Position numbers and translations under genes: made by a program. Below, one piece after another: positions 9,869-19,254 of a stretch of DNA of 64,000 nucleotides. The notes below the pieces were generated by a model that was given only the letters and a program-made list of their open reading frames with translations, was not told the DNA's origin and searched no databases. How positions within the stretch are numbered: position 1 is the first letter of the stretch; each line of letters begins with the position of its first letter. The stretch spans positions 166,671-230,670 of the forward strand of contig CABUUO010000002.1 in the NCBI GenBank assembly GCA_902494875.1, given 5' to 3'. This DNA is from an uncultured Pseudomonadota bacterium (GTDB lineage: Bacteria > Pseudomonadota > Alphaproteobacteria > RF32 > CAG-239).

Positions 9869-10015
9869 TTTTAATAATTTTTAGTGATAGTATATAAGTA
9901 ATTAACAGCTGATATGAGCTATAACACAAGGATCTGCCAAGGTCAATAGACAAATTGACAAATAAAAAAGACGACACTTCTTAATCAAAGCGCCGTCTTT
10001 AGTGTGTAATTACGA

Positions 10016-11359
10016 TTACTTTCCGATGCAAAAATCTCCGAAAATCTTATCCAAAACCTCATCCACTTCTATGCGGCCGGTTATTTTTCCCAAAGCGCGA
10101 GCCGCCAACCTTATGTCTTCGGCGGTTAATTCAATTTCTTTGTCAAACCCGAAAGCCTGCAAATTGTCGACAACGTCCTTTAAAGCTTCTCTATAGCGGC
10201 GGCGGGTAATCAGCAAACTTGAATTAGAGGTAAAACGCTCTTTGATATTATCTCCGATTTTTTGCAAAAGCTCGTCAACACCATCTTTGTATTTGGCAGA
10301 AATGACCAGACAACCGGATTTTTTTAAATTAGAACATTGTTCGGGAGACAACTTGTCACTTTTGTTGGCAACAAACAAGGCCCTGTTTTTAAATGAATTT
10401 CTAATTTTATCAAAGACCTGAACATTGTCTAGCGATGCGTCAAACAAACAAATGACTAAATCTGCATCGTGAATTTTGGAATAGGCAATGTCGATACCCT
10501 TTTTTTCGATTTCTTCTTCAGTCTCCCGCAAACCGGCCGTATCGGTAAACATTACCGGATAACCATTTAAATCCAAATGGATATCAATGGCATCACGGGT
10601 AGTGCCGGCTATATCAGACACGATTACCGCATCTCTTTTAACAATGGCATTAAGCAAACTTGATTTTCCGGCGTTGGGCGACCCTATAATAACAACTCGA
10701 AAACCTTCACGCAGACGTTCACCTATTGAATCACCGTTCAGATGTTGATTTATCTCATCTTCAAGTTTAAATACGGTGTTTTTCATATCACTCATTACAG
10801 ACGAGGGAATATCTTCATCAGGAAAATCAATGAAGGCTTCCAAATGAGCCAAAATCTTAACCAGCCTCGTCCGCCAGTCTTCGTAAAGATTTTTCAAACC
10901 GCCTTCCATTTGACGCATGGCATATTTTTGCTGCTCGGTTGTTTCCGAATCAATCAGGTCTGCCAAACCCTCGGCTTCAGTCAAATCCATCTTGCCGTTA
11001 TAAAAAGCCCGTCTTGAATATTCTCCAGGCTCGGCCAGACGAAAATCAGGCAGCCGACTCAAGTTCTCCATCAGTGAATTTATGACGGCTTTGGAACCAT
11101 GGGTTTGAAACTCGACAATGTCCTCTCCGGTGAAAGAATAAGGTCCCTTAAAATATAAAACCAGGCTTTGATCCAATGTTTCACGTGAATCAATATCGCT
11201 GATTTTAGAAAAATAGGCATAACGCGGTTTTATTCCGGAAACGTCAATATCCGTCATTCGCGTAACGGCTTGCAAAGCCGATGGTCCGGAAATGCGGATA
11301 ACGGCGACGCCCGATTTTCCATAAACAGTGGATAAAGCATAAATGGTTTCAGCTGTCAT
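10016..11359 (-). CDS. mnmE: tRNA modification GTPase MnmE (TrmE).
   Basis: 447 aa. G-domain motifs GSPNAGKSSLLN, DTAG and NKSD. Ends with the typical C-terminal ...FCIGK. Confidence 0.95.
   Translation of the reverse strand: MTAETIYALSTVYGKSGVAVIRISGPSALQAVTRMTDIDVSGIKPRYAYFSKISDIDSRETLDQSLVLYFKGPYSFTGEDIVEFQTHGSKAVINSLMENLSRLPDFRLAEPGEYSRRAFYNGKMDLTEAEGLADLIDSETTEQQKYAMRQMEGGLKNLYEDWRTRLVKILAHLEAFIDFPDEDIPSSVMSDMKNTVFKLEDEINQHLNGDSIGERLREGFRVVIIGSPNAGKSSLLNAIVKRDAVIVSDIAGTTRDAIDIHLDLNGYPVMFTDTAGLRETEEEIEKKGIDIAYSKIHDADLVICLFDASLDNVQVFDKIRNSFKNRALFVANKSDKLSPEQCSNLKKSGCLVISAKYKDGVDELLQKIGDNIKERFTSNSSLLITRRRYREALKDVVDNLQAFGFDKEIELTAEDIRLAARALGKITGRIEVDEVLDKIFGDFCIGK
11177..11192. promoter_or_regulatory. 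parS-like site TGTTTCACGTGAATCA (15/16) inside mnmE.
   Basis: Single mismatch to the parS consensus. This is the third copy within 7 kb. Confidence 0.5.
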
Positions 11360-11671
11360 AAAATTTCTCCTTTCGCATTTTTTTTATAATAAGATTGTCA
11401 AATGAAAGCAACATTTAAAAGCGACTCTACATAAACAGCGATTTTTTGACTCAGGAGAGGGTAAGGCCTTTTTTACGACGCATTTATTATCTACCGGGCT
11501 AATTTCTTTTGTACGGGCAAATTTTGGATTTATTATTCTGCAACTTATAAGTTAAAAACAAAAAAAAATTATTTCTATTGTTGAAAAAAACAAGTTATTG
11601 ATTTTTGTCAAATTTGTGATAAACTAAAAACAACATAAAATTAAACAGATTATTATTTAAATTTAGTAATT

Positions 11672-12415
11672 ATGAAAAGATTAAAATTAAATTTTAAACT
11701 AATTGCAATTGTTGCAATTGGTTTGGCGGCATGTATTACAGGTATTTTGTTTTTTCATTTGGGATATACCATCAGCGCTTCAATCATTTGCTTTGCTTTT
11801 TATTATACGCTTGAAGATGGTGAACGCGACAGTGAAATATGCATCGGCGAAAACCAATTAAATTTATTTCCGTTGTTAATTTTTCTTCTTTTATGGCCGA
11901 TTATTGAAGTCAGCGGTATGATCTTTCTGCCTTCACTCATTATATGCCTGACGGCATATATGTTAAGGCGTCCTTTATGTGACTACATTTGGCCGGACGA
12001 ATATAATAACAACAGCTTTTTGGAAAACGTAAAATACAATATAGACGTATATGTTCTTCCCGTTTTACGTATCGTTATAGTCAGCGGCATACTTTCCGGT
12101 TGTTCTTTCTTTTTAACCCAAATCGACGAAGGTATAAAAGAAAAAACAGAAGCTAAAAAAATAGAACAGAGTGAAAAAATACGCCGGGCCACAGAACAGA
12201 AAACTACGGCGACCGTAAAAGAAATAAAAAGCGAAACGGTTAACGGCAATACGGTTTATTATGTCGTCGTAAGCAATAATATTTCACAAAAAACAGACAC
12301 CCTCAGCCTTGATACGTCTTCCGGAGCGATCTGGTTGAAAGAGGGATCCTTCGTATCTTATAATTATTCTCCGGAAAATATCGTGGAAAATTTCAGGATA
12401 ATTGAACATCCCTGA
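11672..12415 (+). CDS. Hypothetical membrane protein with 4-5 N-terminal TM helices and a hydrophilic C-terminal domain.
   Basis: 247-aa ORF convergent with rho. Followed by a strong bidirectional terminator. Confidence 0.45.
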   Translation: MKRLKLNFKLIAIVAIGLAACITGILFFHLGYTISASIICFAFYYTLEDGERDSEICIGENQLNLFPLLIFLLLWPIIEVSGMIFLPSLIICLTAYMLRRPLCDYIWPDEYNNNSFLENVKYNIDVYVLPVLRIVIVSGILSGCSFFLTQIDEGIKEKTEAKKIEQSEKIRRATEQKTTATVKEIKSETVNGNTVYYVVVSNNISQKTDTLSLDTSSGAIWLKEGSFVSYNYSPENIVENFRIIEHP

Positions 12416-12417
12416 AA

Positions 12418-12469
12418 AATTCTTAAAAAGAAAAGCTCCTTTGGTAAGGAGCTTTTCTTTTTAAGAATT
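12418..12469. terminator. Bidirectional intrinsic terminator: a perfect 24-bp-arm palindrome AATTCTTAAAAAGAAAAGCTCCTT-TGGT-AAGGAGCTTTTCTTTTTAAGAATT between the convergent ORF 11672..12415 and rho.
   Basis: Perfect inverted repeat read directly from the sequence. T-runs flank the GC core on both strands. It overlaps the rho stop codon. Confidence 0.7.
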
Positions 12470-13714
12470 CATAGTATTGAAGAAATCCTGATTGTCTTTG
12501 CTTTGTTTCAGCTTATCAAGCAGAAATTCCATACCGTCGGTCATGCCCATCTGCATCAGAACGCGGCGCAAAACCCACATCTTGGACAAAGTTGCCTTAT
12601 CAACCAACAGTTCTTCTTTGCGGGTACCGGAACGTGTGATATCAATGGTCGGGAACAGACGTTTGTCCGTCAATTTACGATCCAAAATGATTTCGGAATT
12701 ACCGGTACCTTTGAATTCTTCAAAAATAACCTCGTCCATACGGGAACCGGTATCAATCAAGGCCGTAGCAATAATGGTCAGGGAACCGCCTTCTTCAACG
12801 TTGCGGGCAGCACCCAGCAGTCTTTTGGGACGCTGCAGGGCATTAGCGTCAACACCGCCGGTCAAAACCTTGCCCGAAGAAGGGATAACGGTATTGTAAG
12901 CACGACCGAGACGCGTGATGGAATCCAGCAGGATAATGACGTCTTTTTTTGTTTCGACCAAACGTTTGGCTTTTTCAATAACCATTTCAGCAACCTGAAC
13001 ATGGCGGGCAGCCGGTTCGTCAAAAGTGGATGAAATAACTTCACCTTTGACGGAACGCGTCATGTCGGTCACTTCTTCCGGACGTTCGTCAATTAAAAGT
13101 ACCATAAGATAAGCTTCAGGATGATTGGTTGCTATCGCGTGCGCAATATTTTGCAGCATAACCGTTTTACCGGTACGCGGCGGAGCCACAATTAACCCGC
13201 GCTGACCTTTACCTTGCGGGGCGATAAGATCAATAACGCGGGTCGTATAATCTTTGTCACCGCAGATAATGTCAAAATCTAATTTTTCAGTAGGGTAAAG
13301 AGGCGTGAGGTTATCAAAGTTAATACGGAGTTTGGAAAGTTCAGGATCTTCAAAGTTTATGCGATTGACTTTCGTCAGGGCAAAATAGCGTTCGTTATCT
13401 TTCGGTGCACGTATTTCGCCTTCTACAGTATCGCCGGTGCGAAGGCCAAATTTCTTGACCTGCGAAGGCGAAACATAAATGTCATCCGGTCCGGCAAGAT
13501 AGTTTGACTGGCTGGATCGTAAAAAACCGAAGCCGTCTTGCAGAACTTCGATTGTACCTTCACCGTAAATAATGTTGTCTTCGCTGGCAACTTTTTTCAA
13601 AATGGCAAACATTAAATCTTGTTTGCGCATGGAGGAAGCATCTTCAATGCCTAAATCTTCAGCTTCAGTAAGCAGTTCTTTAGGAGATTTCTGTTTTAGA
13701 TCTTTTAAATTCAT
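12461..13714 (-). CDS. rho: Transcription termination factor Rho.
   Basis: 417 aa. Contains the N-terminal RNA-binding domain, Walker [13 protein letters not shown], and Q-loop/R-loop regions. Confidence 0.95.
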   Translation of the reverse strand: MNLKDLKQKSPKELLTEAEDLGIEDASSMRKQDLMFAILKKVASEDNIIYGEGTIEVLQDGFGFLRSSQSNYLAGPDDIYVSPSQVKKFGLRTGDTVEGEIRAPKDNERYFALTKVNRINFEDPELSKLRINFDNLTPLYPTEKLDFDIICGDKDYTTRVIDLIAPQGKGQRGLIVAPPRTGKTVMLQNIAHAIATNHPEAYLMVLLIDERPEEVTDMTRSVKGEVISSTFDEPAARHVQVAEMVIEKAKRLVETKKDVIILLDSITRLGRAYNTVIPSSGKVLTGGVDANALQRPKRLLGAARNVEEGGSLTIIATALIDTGSRMDEVIFEEFKGTGNSEIILDRKLTDKRLFPTIDITRSGTRKEELLVDKATLSKMWVLRRVLMQMGMTDGMEFLLDKLKQSKDNQDFFNTMNS

Positions 13715-14356
13715 ATTAACCTTGAGATAGTATATTGGGAATAAGTTTAAGGGATTAAACTTTTGTTAAGCGTTATTTGTTAACTGTAATCGGTAAGTTG
13801 GAAAATTTATATTATGTTATTTCATTTTTGTCAATAAAGTTTTGACAAAACCGGGAGATGTTAATTTATCTTTTGGTATGTAAATTTCCGGTTTCTGCTG
13901 AAAGTTTTATTCACAGCCCCGCAGGGCTAACTATATAATTTTTAAAATTTAGTAGTTGATAGTGAATCCCAGTGAATCCTGTGTATTATTTTTTATACCT
14001 GATTTTATACACAGTTTAACGATTTGTTAATAAGTTTGTGAATCAAAAATCAGGCGGATTCTTTTTTTGATTCTTTTTCAAACGTCTATAGAGGCCAAAC
14101 CTTTTTTTTGTGCTTTGTTGATAAAAGTATTTATCCACGTTTATTTGAGATGTTAATTTAAGTTATTAACTTGTATATAACTTATATATATAAATTTGTT
14201 TTATGCCGATAAAATTGTATAAATACGAGCAGGGCTTCGGTTATGCACAGAAAGTTAACGAGCTGTTAATAACTAGGGTAACCTTTTGAATTGATATATT
14301 ATTTATGTCTGAAAAATGTTTTTTCAAGGGACAGGCATAATTTTAAGGTTTAAACG
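13715..14356. promoter_or_regulatory. Candidate chromosomal replication origin (Cori-like): an AT-rich 640-bp divergent intergenic region between rho and coaE.
   Basis: Five GANTC (CcrM) sites lie within 110 bp (GAATC at 13964, 13974 and 14040; GATTC at 14057 and 14069). A DnaA-box-like TTATCCACG sits at 14131..14139. TTAA-N7-TTAA (CtrA-like) motifs occur at 13755..13769 and 14255..14269. The flanking genes (rho on one side, coaE-dnaQ on the other) match the Caulobacter Cori neighbourhood. Confidence 0.45.
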
Positions 14357-14944
14357 ATGAAACTTATTGCAATTACCGGTTCGATTGGCTGCGGAAAAAC
14401 GACCATTGCCAAAATAATCAAAGCTCTTGGCTACAGCGTGTTTGATGTTGACGGTTGGGTGCGAGCCTTATATTTTCAAAAGGATTTTATTGCAACCATT
14501 GTCAAAAATTTTCCCGAGGCGGCCGATGACGGTGTGTTTAATAAAAGAAAACTGCGCAATCTGGTTTTTGACGACAACAGGGAACTGAAAAGGCTGGAGG
14601 CTTTGATACATCCGTTTTTAAAAGAGAAGCTGAAGTCGGTCATCCGTCGCAACGCGGTCTGCGACGATTTGTTTTTTTTGGATGTGGCTTTGTTGTTTGA
14701 AATGGGATGGGATAAATATTGCGATTTTATCATTGTGGCCGATGTTGCCGATGATATTCAAAAGCAGAGGGTCATGAAAAGGGACAAAGTCAGTGCCGAA
14801 CATTTTGAAAAAATCAACAGCGTGCAGATGAACAAAAGAGTCAAAGCCGACATGGCCGATGCTGTGATTGATACTGATGTTCCGCTTAATTTGCTGAAAG
14901 TGGATATTTTAAATATTATCGAAGGGTTGGAGAACAATGGTTAG
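14357..14944 (+). CDS. coaE: Dephospho-CoA kinase CoaE.
   Basis: N-terminal P-loop IAITGSIGCGKTT. Length 195 aa. Overlaps dnaQ by 8 nt. Confidence 0.85.
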   Translation: MKLIAITGSIGCGKTTIAKIIKALGYSVFDVDGWVRALYFQKDFIATIVKNFPEAADDGVFNKRKLRNLVFDDNRELKRLEALIHPFLKEKLKSVIRRNAVCDDLFFLDVALLFEMGWDKYCDFIIVADVADDIQKQRVMKRDKVSAEHFEKINSVQMNKRVKADMADAVIDTDVPLNLLKVDILNIIEGLENNG

Positions 14945-15653
14945 AGAGATTGTATTTGATACGGAAACAACCGGTTTTGACGCGCCGAAAGGCGATCGCT
15001 TGGTTGAAATCGGCGCCGTGGAATTAATTAACCATCTGCCGACCGGCAAAGTATACCACCAATATATCAATCCGCAGCGTGATGTTCCTGAAGACGCTTT
15101 TAAAGTGCATGGGCTGTCCTATGAGTTTTTGAAAGATTTTCCGACGTTTGACCAGATTGTGGACGATTGGCTGGCTTTTGTCGGCGATGACGCCGTTTTG
15201 GTTGCGCATAATGCTTCTTTTGATATTAATTTCTGCAACTATGAGCAGAAGGCGCTGAATAAACCTGAATTCAGCTGGGACCGGGTGGTTGATACGCTGG
15301 AAATTGCACGAAATATGTTTCCCGGTTCAAGAGTCAATCTTGACGCCTTGTGCAAACGTTTCGGTGTGGACAATTCAAACCGTACCAAACACGGCGCTCT
15401 GCTTGATGCCGAACTGTTGGCCGAAGTTTATCTTCAGTTAATCGGCGGGCAGGAGCCAACTATGATGTTTGAAGACAAAAAGGCGTCTTCGGCAGTTGAT
15501 CGTTTTACAGCGGAAAAAATTGAGCGCAAATTCAGAGAACCCCGCCATTATGCTCTTTCGGAAGCAGATTTGCAGGCGCATAAAGATTTTCTGGCGGCCA
15601 AGATAAAAGGGGCGTTGTGGTATGCCGGCGAGCAAGATAAACCGGCAGAGTGA
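14937..15653 (+). CDS. dnaQ: DNA polymerase III epsilon subunit (3'-5' proofreading exonuclease) DnaQ.
   Basis: Exo I motif FDTETTGF, Exo II HNASFD and Exo III HGALLDAELL. Length 238 aa. Confidence 0.9.
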   Translation: MVREIVFDTETTGFDAPKGDRLVEIGAVELINHLPTGKVYHQYINPQRDVPEDAFKVHGLSYEFLKDFPTFDQIVDDWLAFVGDDAVLVAHNASFDINFCNYEQKALNKPEFSWDRVVDTLEIARNMFPGSRVNLDALCKRFGVDNSNRTKHGALLDAELLAEVYLQLIGGQEPTMMFEDKKASSAVDRFTAEKIERKFREPRHYALSEADLQAHKDFLAAKIKGALWYAGEQDKPAE

Positions 15654-15656
15654 AAT

Positions 15657-16214
15657 TCAGTTGCGTTTGCGGCGCAAAAGGATATACAAAGCTCCGTCTC
15701 CGCCGTCTTGCGGGCGCGAATAGGAAATGCTTAAAATAAGAGGTCTCAAAATGGGATTGTTAAGCCATTGCGGGACTTTTTCTTTTAAAATGCCGCGGAT
15801 GACGAACGGGTCGTCGTCAGGGTGGGGACGACCTTTGCCGGTGACGATCAGTATACATCTCAATCCCTGCAGATAGGCGTTTTTAACAAAGTTTTCGACG
15901 GCTTCGTAGGCTCGGTCTTCTGTATATCCGTGCAAATCAAGTCGCCGTTCTATTTTGAATTCTCCGCGGCGGAAACGCTCGGCCGTTCTGCGGTCTATGT
16001 CCGGAGCGGCACCAATGTCAAGCGCGTTTAAAGAATTTCCGCTGTAAACGTGTTGCGGGTTGATGGTATTGCGGATTTCAGGCAAAACCGGCGGCGCTTT
16101 TTCTATCAACAGCGGTTGTTCTGTTTTTGTGATGTCTTTGGTCAGTTCCGACCAGAAGCTCAAATCTTCGGAACTAGGCTTTGGTTTTTCTTTCGGCATG
16201 GTCGGTTTCTTCAT
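15657..16214 (-). CDS. Smr-domain protein (MutS2-related small nuclease family).
   Basis: The C-terminal half carries LDLHGYTEDRAY...LIVTGKG, typical of Smr. Located in the conserved smr-mltA-Tim44-secB alphaproteobacterial cluster. Confidence 0.7.
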   Translation of the reverse strand: MKKPTMPKEKPKPSSEDLSFWSELTKDITKTEQPLLIEKAPPVLPEIRNTINPQHVYSGNSLNALDIGAAPDIDRRTAERFRRGEFKIERRLDLHGYTEDRAYEAVENFVKNAYLQGLRCILIVTGKGRPHPDDDPFVIRGILKEKVPQWLNNPILRPLILSISYSRPQDGGDGALYILLRRKRN

Positions 16215-16662
16215 TTTTATCTATCATCAAGTCGGAAAAATTGAGAACGACAAATTCTTTCCAGTCTCCCTCAGGCGAAACGCAGCCGATTTTTTTATTT
16301 TCGGCATTAACCAGAACAATGCCGCCGAAGTTCCATAGCTGTTCGCAATTGTCCAGTCCCGACACCAGATATTTTTTTGTGCGTTCAATGACAATGCGGT
16401 AAAGTTTCTTTTTGAAGTAAGCGGAATATACCATAATCATGGCGACAATGAACAGCAAACCGAACAAAACGCCGACGCTTACGATGAGTATGAGGCCGAG
16501 GAGGACCGGCAGCAAAATCGGCAGCAGGCATTCCCAGGGATTGTAAATCGGCGAACCGGGCCGGTTTATTTTACCGTAGTCCAAATAAATGCGCAGTTTA
16601 TCTTGTTCCACCGCTTTTTGCAAAGCATGGAAGGTAAGACTGTCGGCGCGGCTGTGTTTCAT
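16174..16662 (-). CDS. Hypothetical small membrane protein (162 aa, 2 TM).
   Basis: ORF lying between mltA and smr. Hydrophobic central segment. Overlaps the smr start by roughly 26-41 nt depending on start choice. Confidence 0.35.
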   Translation of the reverse strand: MKHSRADSLTFHALQKAVEQDKLRIYLDYGKINRPGSPIYNPWECLLPILLPVLLGLILIVSVGVLFGLLFIVAMIMVYSAYFKKKLYRIVIERTKKYLVSGLDNCEQLWNFGGIVLVNAENKKIGCVSPEGDWKEFVVLNFSDLMIDKNEETDHAERKTKA

Positions 16663-17816
16663 TGTTTTATCTCCATATTCTTAGGCAGAAAAATGTAATA
16701 TTGTCCAGTGGAATTCATTTTTCCGGCCAGATCAAGAATGTCGTCACCGCCACTGCCCCAGAAGTAGTCGCCGCGAACGGCTCCTTTGATGGCGCCGCCG
16801 ATGTCCTGAGCCACAACCATTTTGTTTATCGGTTGCCGATCAGGTCCGGAAGTTTCCAACCACAACAAAGCTCCCAGCGGAATGTAGGATTTGTCTACGG
16901 CAAGGCTGCGGCCGGCAGTCAACGGAACACCCTGAGCGCCGATCGGACCGGGAGACTGTATCAGTCGGTGAAAGACGTAGCGGTTGTTTTCGTTCATATG
17001 AACGGTTGATGCGTCAATGTTTTCTTTCAGCCATTTTTTTATGTGGCTCATTGATGCCTGTCCTGGTTTTAACAGGCCTTTTTCCAGCAAAATGCTGCCG
17101 ATACCCTTAAAATCGCGACCGTTGTTTTCCGCATAGCCGATACGCACTTTGGAACCATCGGTCAGAGTGGCGACGGCCGAGCCCTGAATTTGCATGATGT
17201 AGATGTCTATGTAACTGTCTGACCAGAGAATAACAGGAGCGTCAATACCGTTGTTTTCAATTTCGCTGCGGGTGTAATACGGAACCAGCTTTTGGTTTTC
17301 AATCCGCCCGACATATCTTTTGTTCGGCAGTTTTTTATCAAAATCATGCAGGTTTATTTCAATGATGTCGTTCGGGCGTCCGTAAATCGGATAACGGTAT
17401 TTTTCGTCCGGCGTTTTGGAAGCATGAAGCTCTGCCTCGTAATAGGAGGTGAATTTGCCCTGAGACGAGTTGTCGAATTTTACGAGATAAGGCGTGAAGT
17501 TGCTTTTGATGAATTTTTTGATGTCCGTTTTGGGGTTTTTCAGCAGTTTTAAGCAGATGTCGGCATAACTTTTGGTCGGAATTCTAATTTCGGAGCTGCC
17601 TAAAAATTCGGATTTTTGAGTGATTATTTTCGAGCATGATTTTTCAAAAGCCGGAACAATGTCGGACAACCGGTCGTTTTTCCAGCCTTTTAGGTCCGAA
17701 AAATCCGCTTTTACCAGTTCCAGACCGGATGAAGCTGTTTTTTTTTCTTGTTCCTTTTCTCCGCAGGAAACGAGAAGCAGGCAAATGCAAAATATTTTCA
17801 GAAAACGCGGAATCAT
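16659..17816 (-). CDS. mltA: Membrane-bound lytic murein transglycosylase A (MltA), a lipoprotein. The start is probably M10 of the longer ORF, which runs to 17843.
   Basis: Lipobox LLLVSC follows MIPRFLKIFCI. The C-terminal 3D domain carries AVDKSYIPLGALLWLE, characteristic of MltA. Confidence 0.8.
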   Translation of the reverse strand: MIPRFLKIFCICLLLVSCGEKEQEKKTASSGLELVKADFSDLKGWKNDRLSDIVPAFEKSCSKIITQKSEFLGSSEIRIPTKSYADICLKLLKNPKTDIKKFIKSNFTPYLVKFDNSSQGKFTSYYEAELHASKTPDEKYRYPIYGRPNDIIEINLHDFDKKLPNKRYVGRIENQKLVPYYTRSEIENNGIDAPVILWSDSYIDIYIMQIQGSAVATLTDGSKVRIGYAENNGRDFKGIGSILLEKGLLKPGQASMSHIKKWLKENIDASTVHMNENNRYVFHRLIQSPGPIGAQGVPLTAGRSLAVDKSYIPLGALLWLETSGPDRQPINKMVVAQDIGGAIKGAVRGDYFWGSGGDDILDLAGKMNSTGQYYIFLPKNMEIKQ

Positions 17817-18490
17817 TGTTTTTTCGTCGATACCAATAGCCAATTGGGGTTAGTGGATGCCAAAGCTTTTTCAAAAGTCCAGACGTCCGTAATATTTTGT
17901 ATATACTGTTCGTCCCCTTCAATAACGCGGCCTTCAGCGTTTTTAAGCATATTGACCTGTTGAGAGACGAATTTGACTGTGATAGCGGCAATGTCGTTTT
18001 TGGTAATTTGGGCTTTTTGAATTTCAGTTTCGTCAAAACCTATGAAATCAGTTTCTGAGGTTATGCCTTCACTGCGGCGCTGTTCAATAACGGCCTGAAA
18101 CTTTTTGAGCAAATCTTTGCTGACCAGCATTTCTAACGTTTCCGTATCGCCTTTGTTAAACGCTTCAAGAATGATTTCAAAAGCGCGTTTGGCTCCGTTA
18201 AGGAAAGTTTCTTTGTCAAAACCGGGAATGCGGCGGAATATTTTTTCTTCTTCGGTAAGATTGACAGCTTCTTCAGGGGCTTTTTGCCCTGTCGAGTTTT
18301 GTTTCTTTTCGGCTTCGATTTCCTTTTGCGCGTCTTTCATTATGATATCAAAAATTTTGGCGGCGTCTTCATCGCTGATTTTGCGGCTTTCCGTTCCTTC
18401 AGGACGTGTGCCCAGCAGCCCTTTCAGGCGTTGGTAAATTATAACGACAACAACCAGGAGAACGATTATGTCAAAATACTGTGCTATCAT
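17813..18490 (-). CDS. Tim44-like domain protein (alphaproteobacterial homologue of the mitochondrial import component Tim44), with an N-terminal TM anchor.
   Basis: 225 aa. N-terminal TM helix. The C-terminal domain ends in ...WTFEKALASTNPNWLLVS, typical of Tim44-like/NTF2-fold proteins. Sits in conserved synteny with mltA and secB. Confidence 0.6.
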   Translation of the reverse strand: MIAQYFDIIVLLVVVVIIYQRLKGLLGTRPEGTESRKISDEDAAKIFDIIMKDAQKEIEAEKKQNSTGQKAPEEAVNLTEEEKIFRRIPGFDKETFLNGAKRAFEIILEAFNKGDTETLEMLVSKDLLKKFQAVIEQRRSEGITSETDFIGFDETEIQKAQITKNDIAAITVKFVSQQVNMLKNAEGRVIEGDEQYIQNITDVWTFEKALASTNPNWLLVSTKKQ

Positions 18491-18661
18491 ATGCGAAATC
18501 TTTCCTTTTAAACATCTTTACAAGCTATAATATAGGGATTTTCAAAGATTATATCAATATAAATTATATATATTAAAAAACATCTAAATAATTGACCTGT
18601 AGTTTTTTTCAGTATAACTATTAAGTTAAATGCAATTAATATGAAAATCGGGAGATTATTT

Positions 18662-19138
18662 ATGGAACAGGACAATAAAAAAACTGAAAACGAAAATAAC
18701 GGAAACAATCAGGGACAAGCCGCGCCGATTGTCATCAACAATCAGTACATTAAGGATCTGTCTTTGGAAATTCCTTTTGCGCCGCAGATTTTTAACGAAG
18801 TAAAGCAAAATCCGGACATTAACATTAATGTTGATGTCAATGCCGGCCGTTTGGAAGAGAATTTTTACAACGTTGAGCTGGTTTTTACCATTAACGGTGA
18901 TATTCCCGGCAAGAAACTGTTTGTTTTGGAACTGACTTATGCCGGTGTGGTACAGCTCAATGTGCCTCAAGAGCATATTGAACCGGTTTTGCTGGTAGAA
19001 ATTCCGCGGATGCTGTTTCCTTTTGCGCGCAATATCATTACCACCTCTTTAATGAACGCCGGTCTGCCGCCGTTTATGATTAATCCGATTGATTTTGTGG
19101 CGATGTACAACGCGCGCAAAAGCCAGCAGGCAAACTAG
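18662..19138 (+). CDS. secB: Protein-export chaperone SecB. The ORF extends to 18641; the start with an RBS is at 18662.
   Basis: About 158 aa. Shows SecB-family conservation (...ELTYAGVVQL...LLVEIPRMLFPFARNII). GGAGA lies upstream of the ATG at 18662. Confidence 0.85.
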   Translation: MEQDNKKTENENNGNNQGQAAPIVINNQYIKDLSLEIPFAPQIFNEVKQNPDININVDVNAGRLEENFYNVELVFTINGDIPGKKLFVLELTYAGVVQLNVPQEHIEPVLLVEIPRMLFPFARNIITTSLMNAGLPPFMINPIDFVAMYNARKSQQAN

Positions 19139-19158
19139 AGGAATCTTTGTTGTAATAA

Positions 19159-19186
19159 GGGCTGAACATTGTTCAGCCTTTTTTTT
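19159..19186 (+). terminator. Rho-independent terminator downstream of secB: GGCTGAAC-ATTG-TTCAGCC followed by T8.
   Basis: Stem-loop plus a run of 8 T. Confidence 0.7.
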
Positions 19187-19254
19187 GCTGATTTCAGCGA
19201 ATCCAAAGCGAATCGACAAGGTTTTGTTAAGCTTTTTCGGCTATTAATATTGAT

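Noticed and set aside
9221-9874. 217-aa plus-strand ORF overlapping the 9419..9868 minus-strand ORF
   Set aside because: It is antisense to a more protein-like ORF that has a correctly oriented strong terminator. Its composition is low-complexity and K/F/Q-rich, typical of AT-rich antisense frames.
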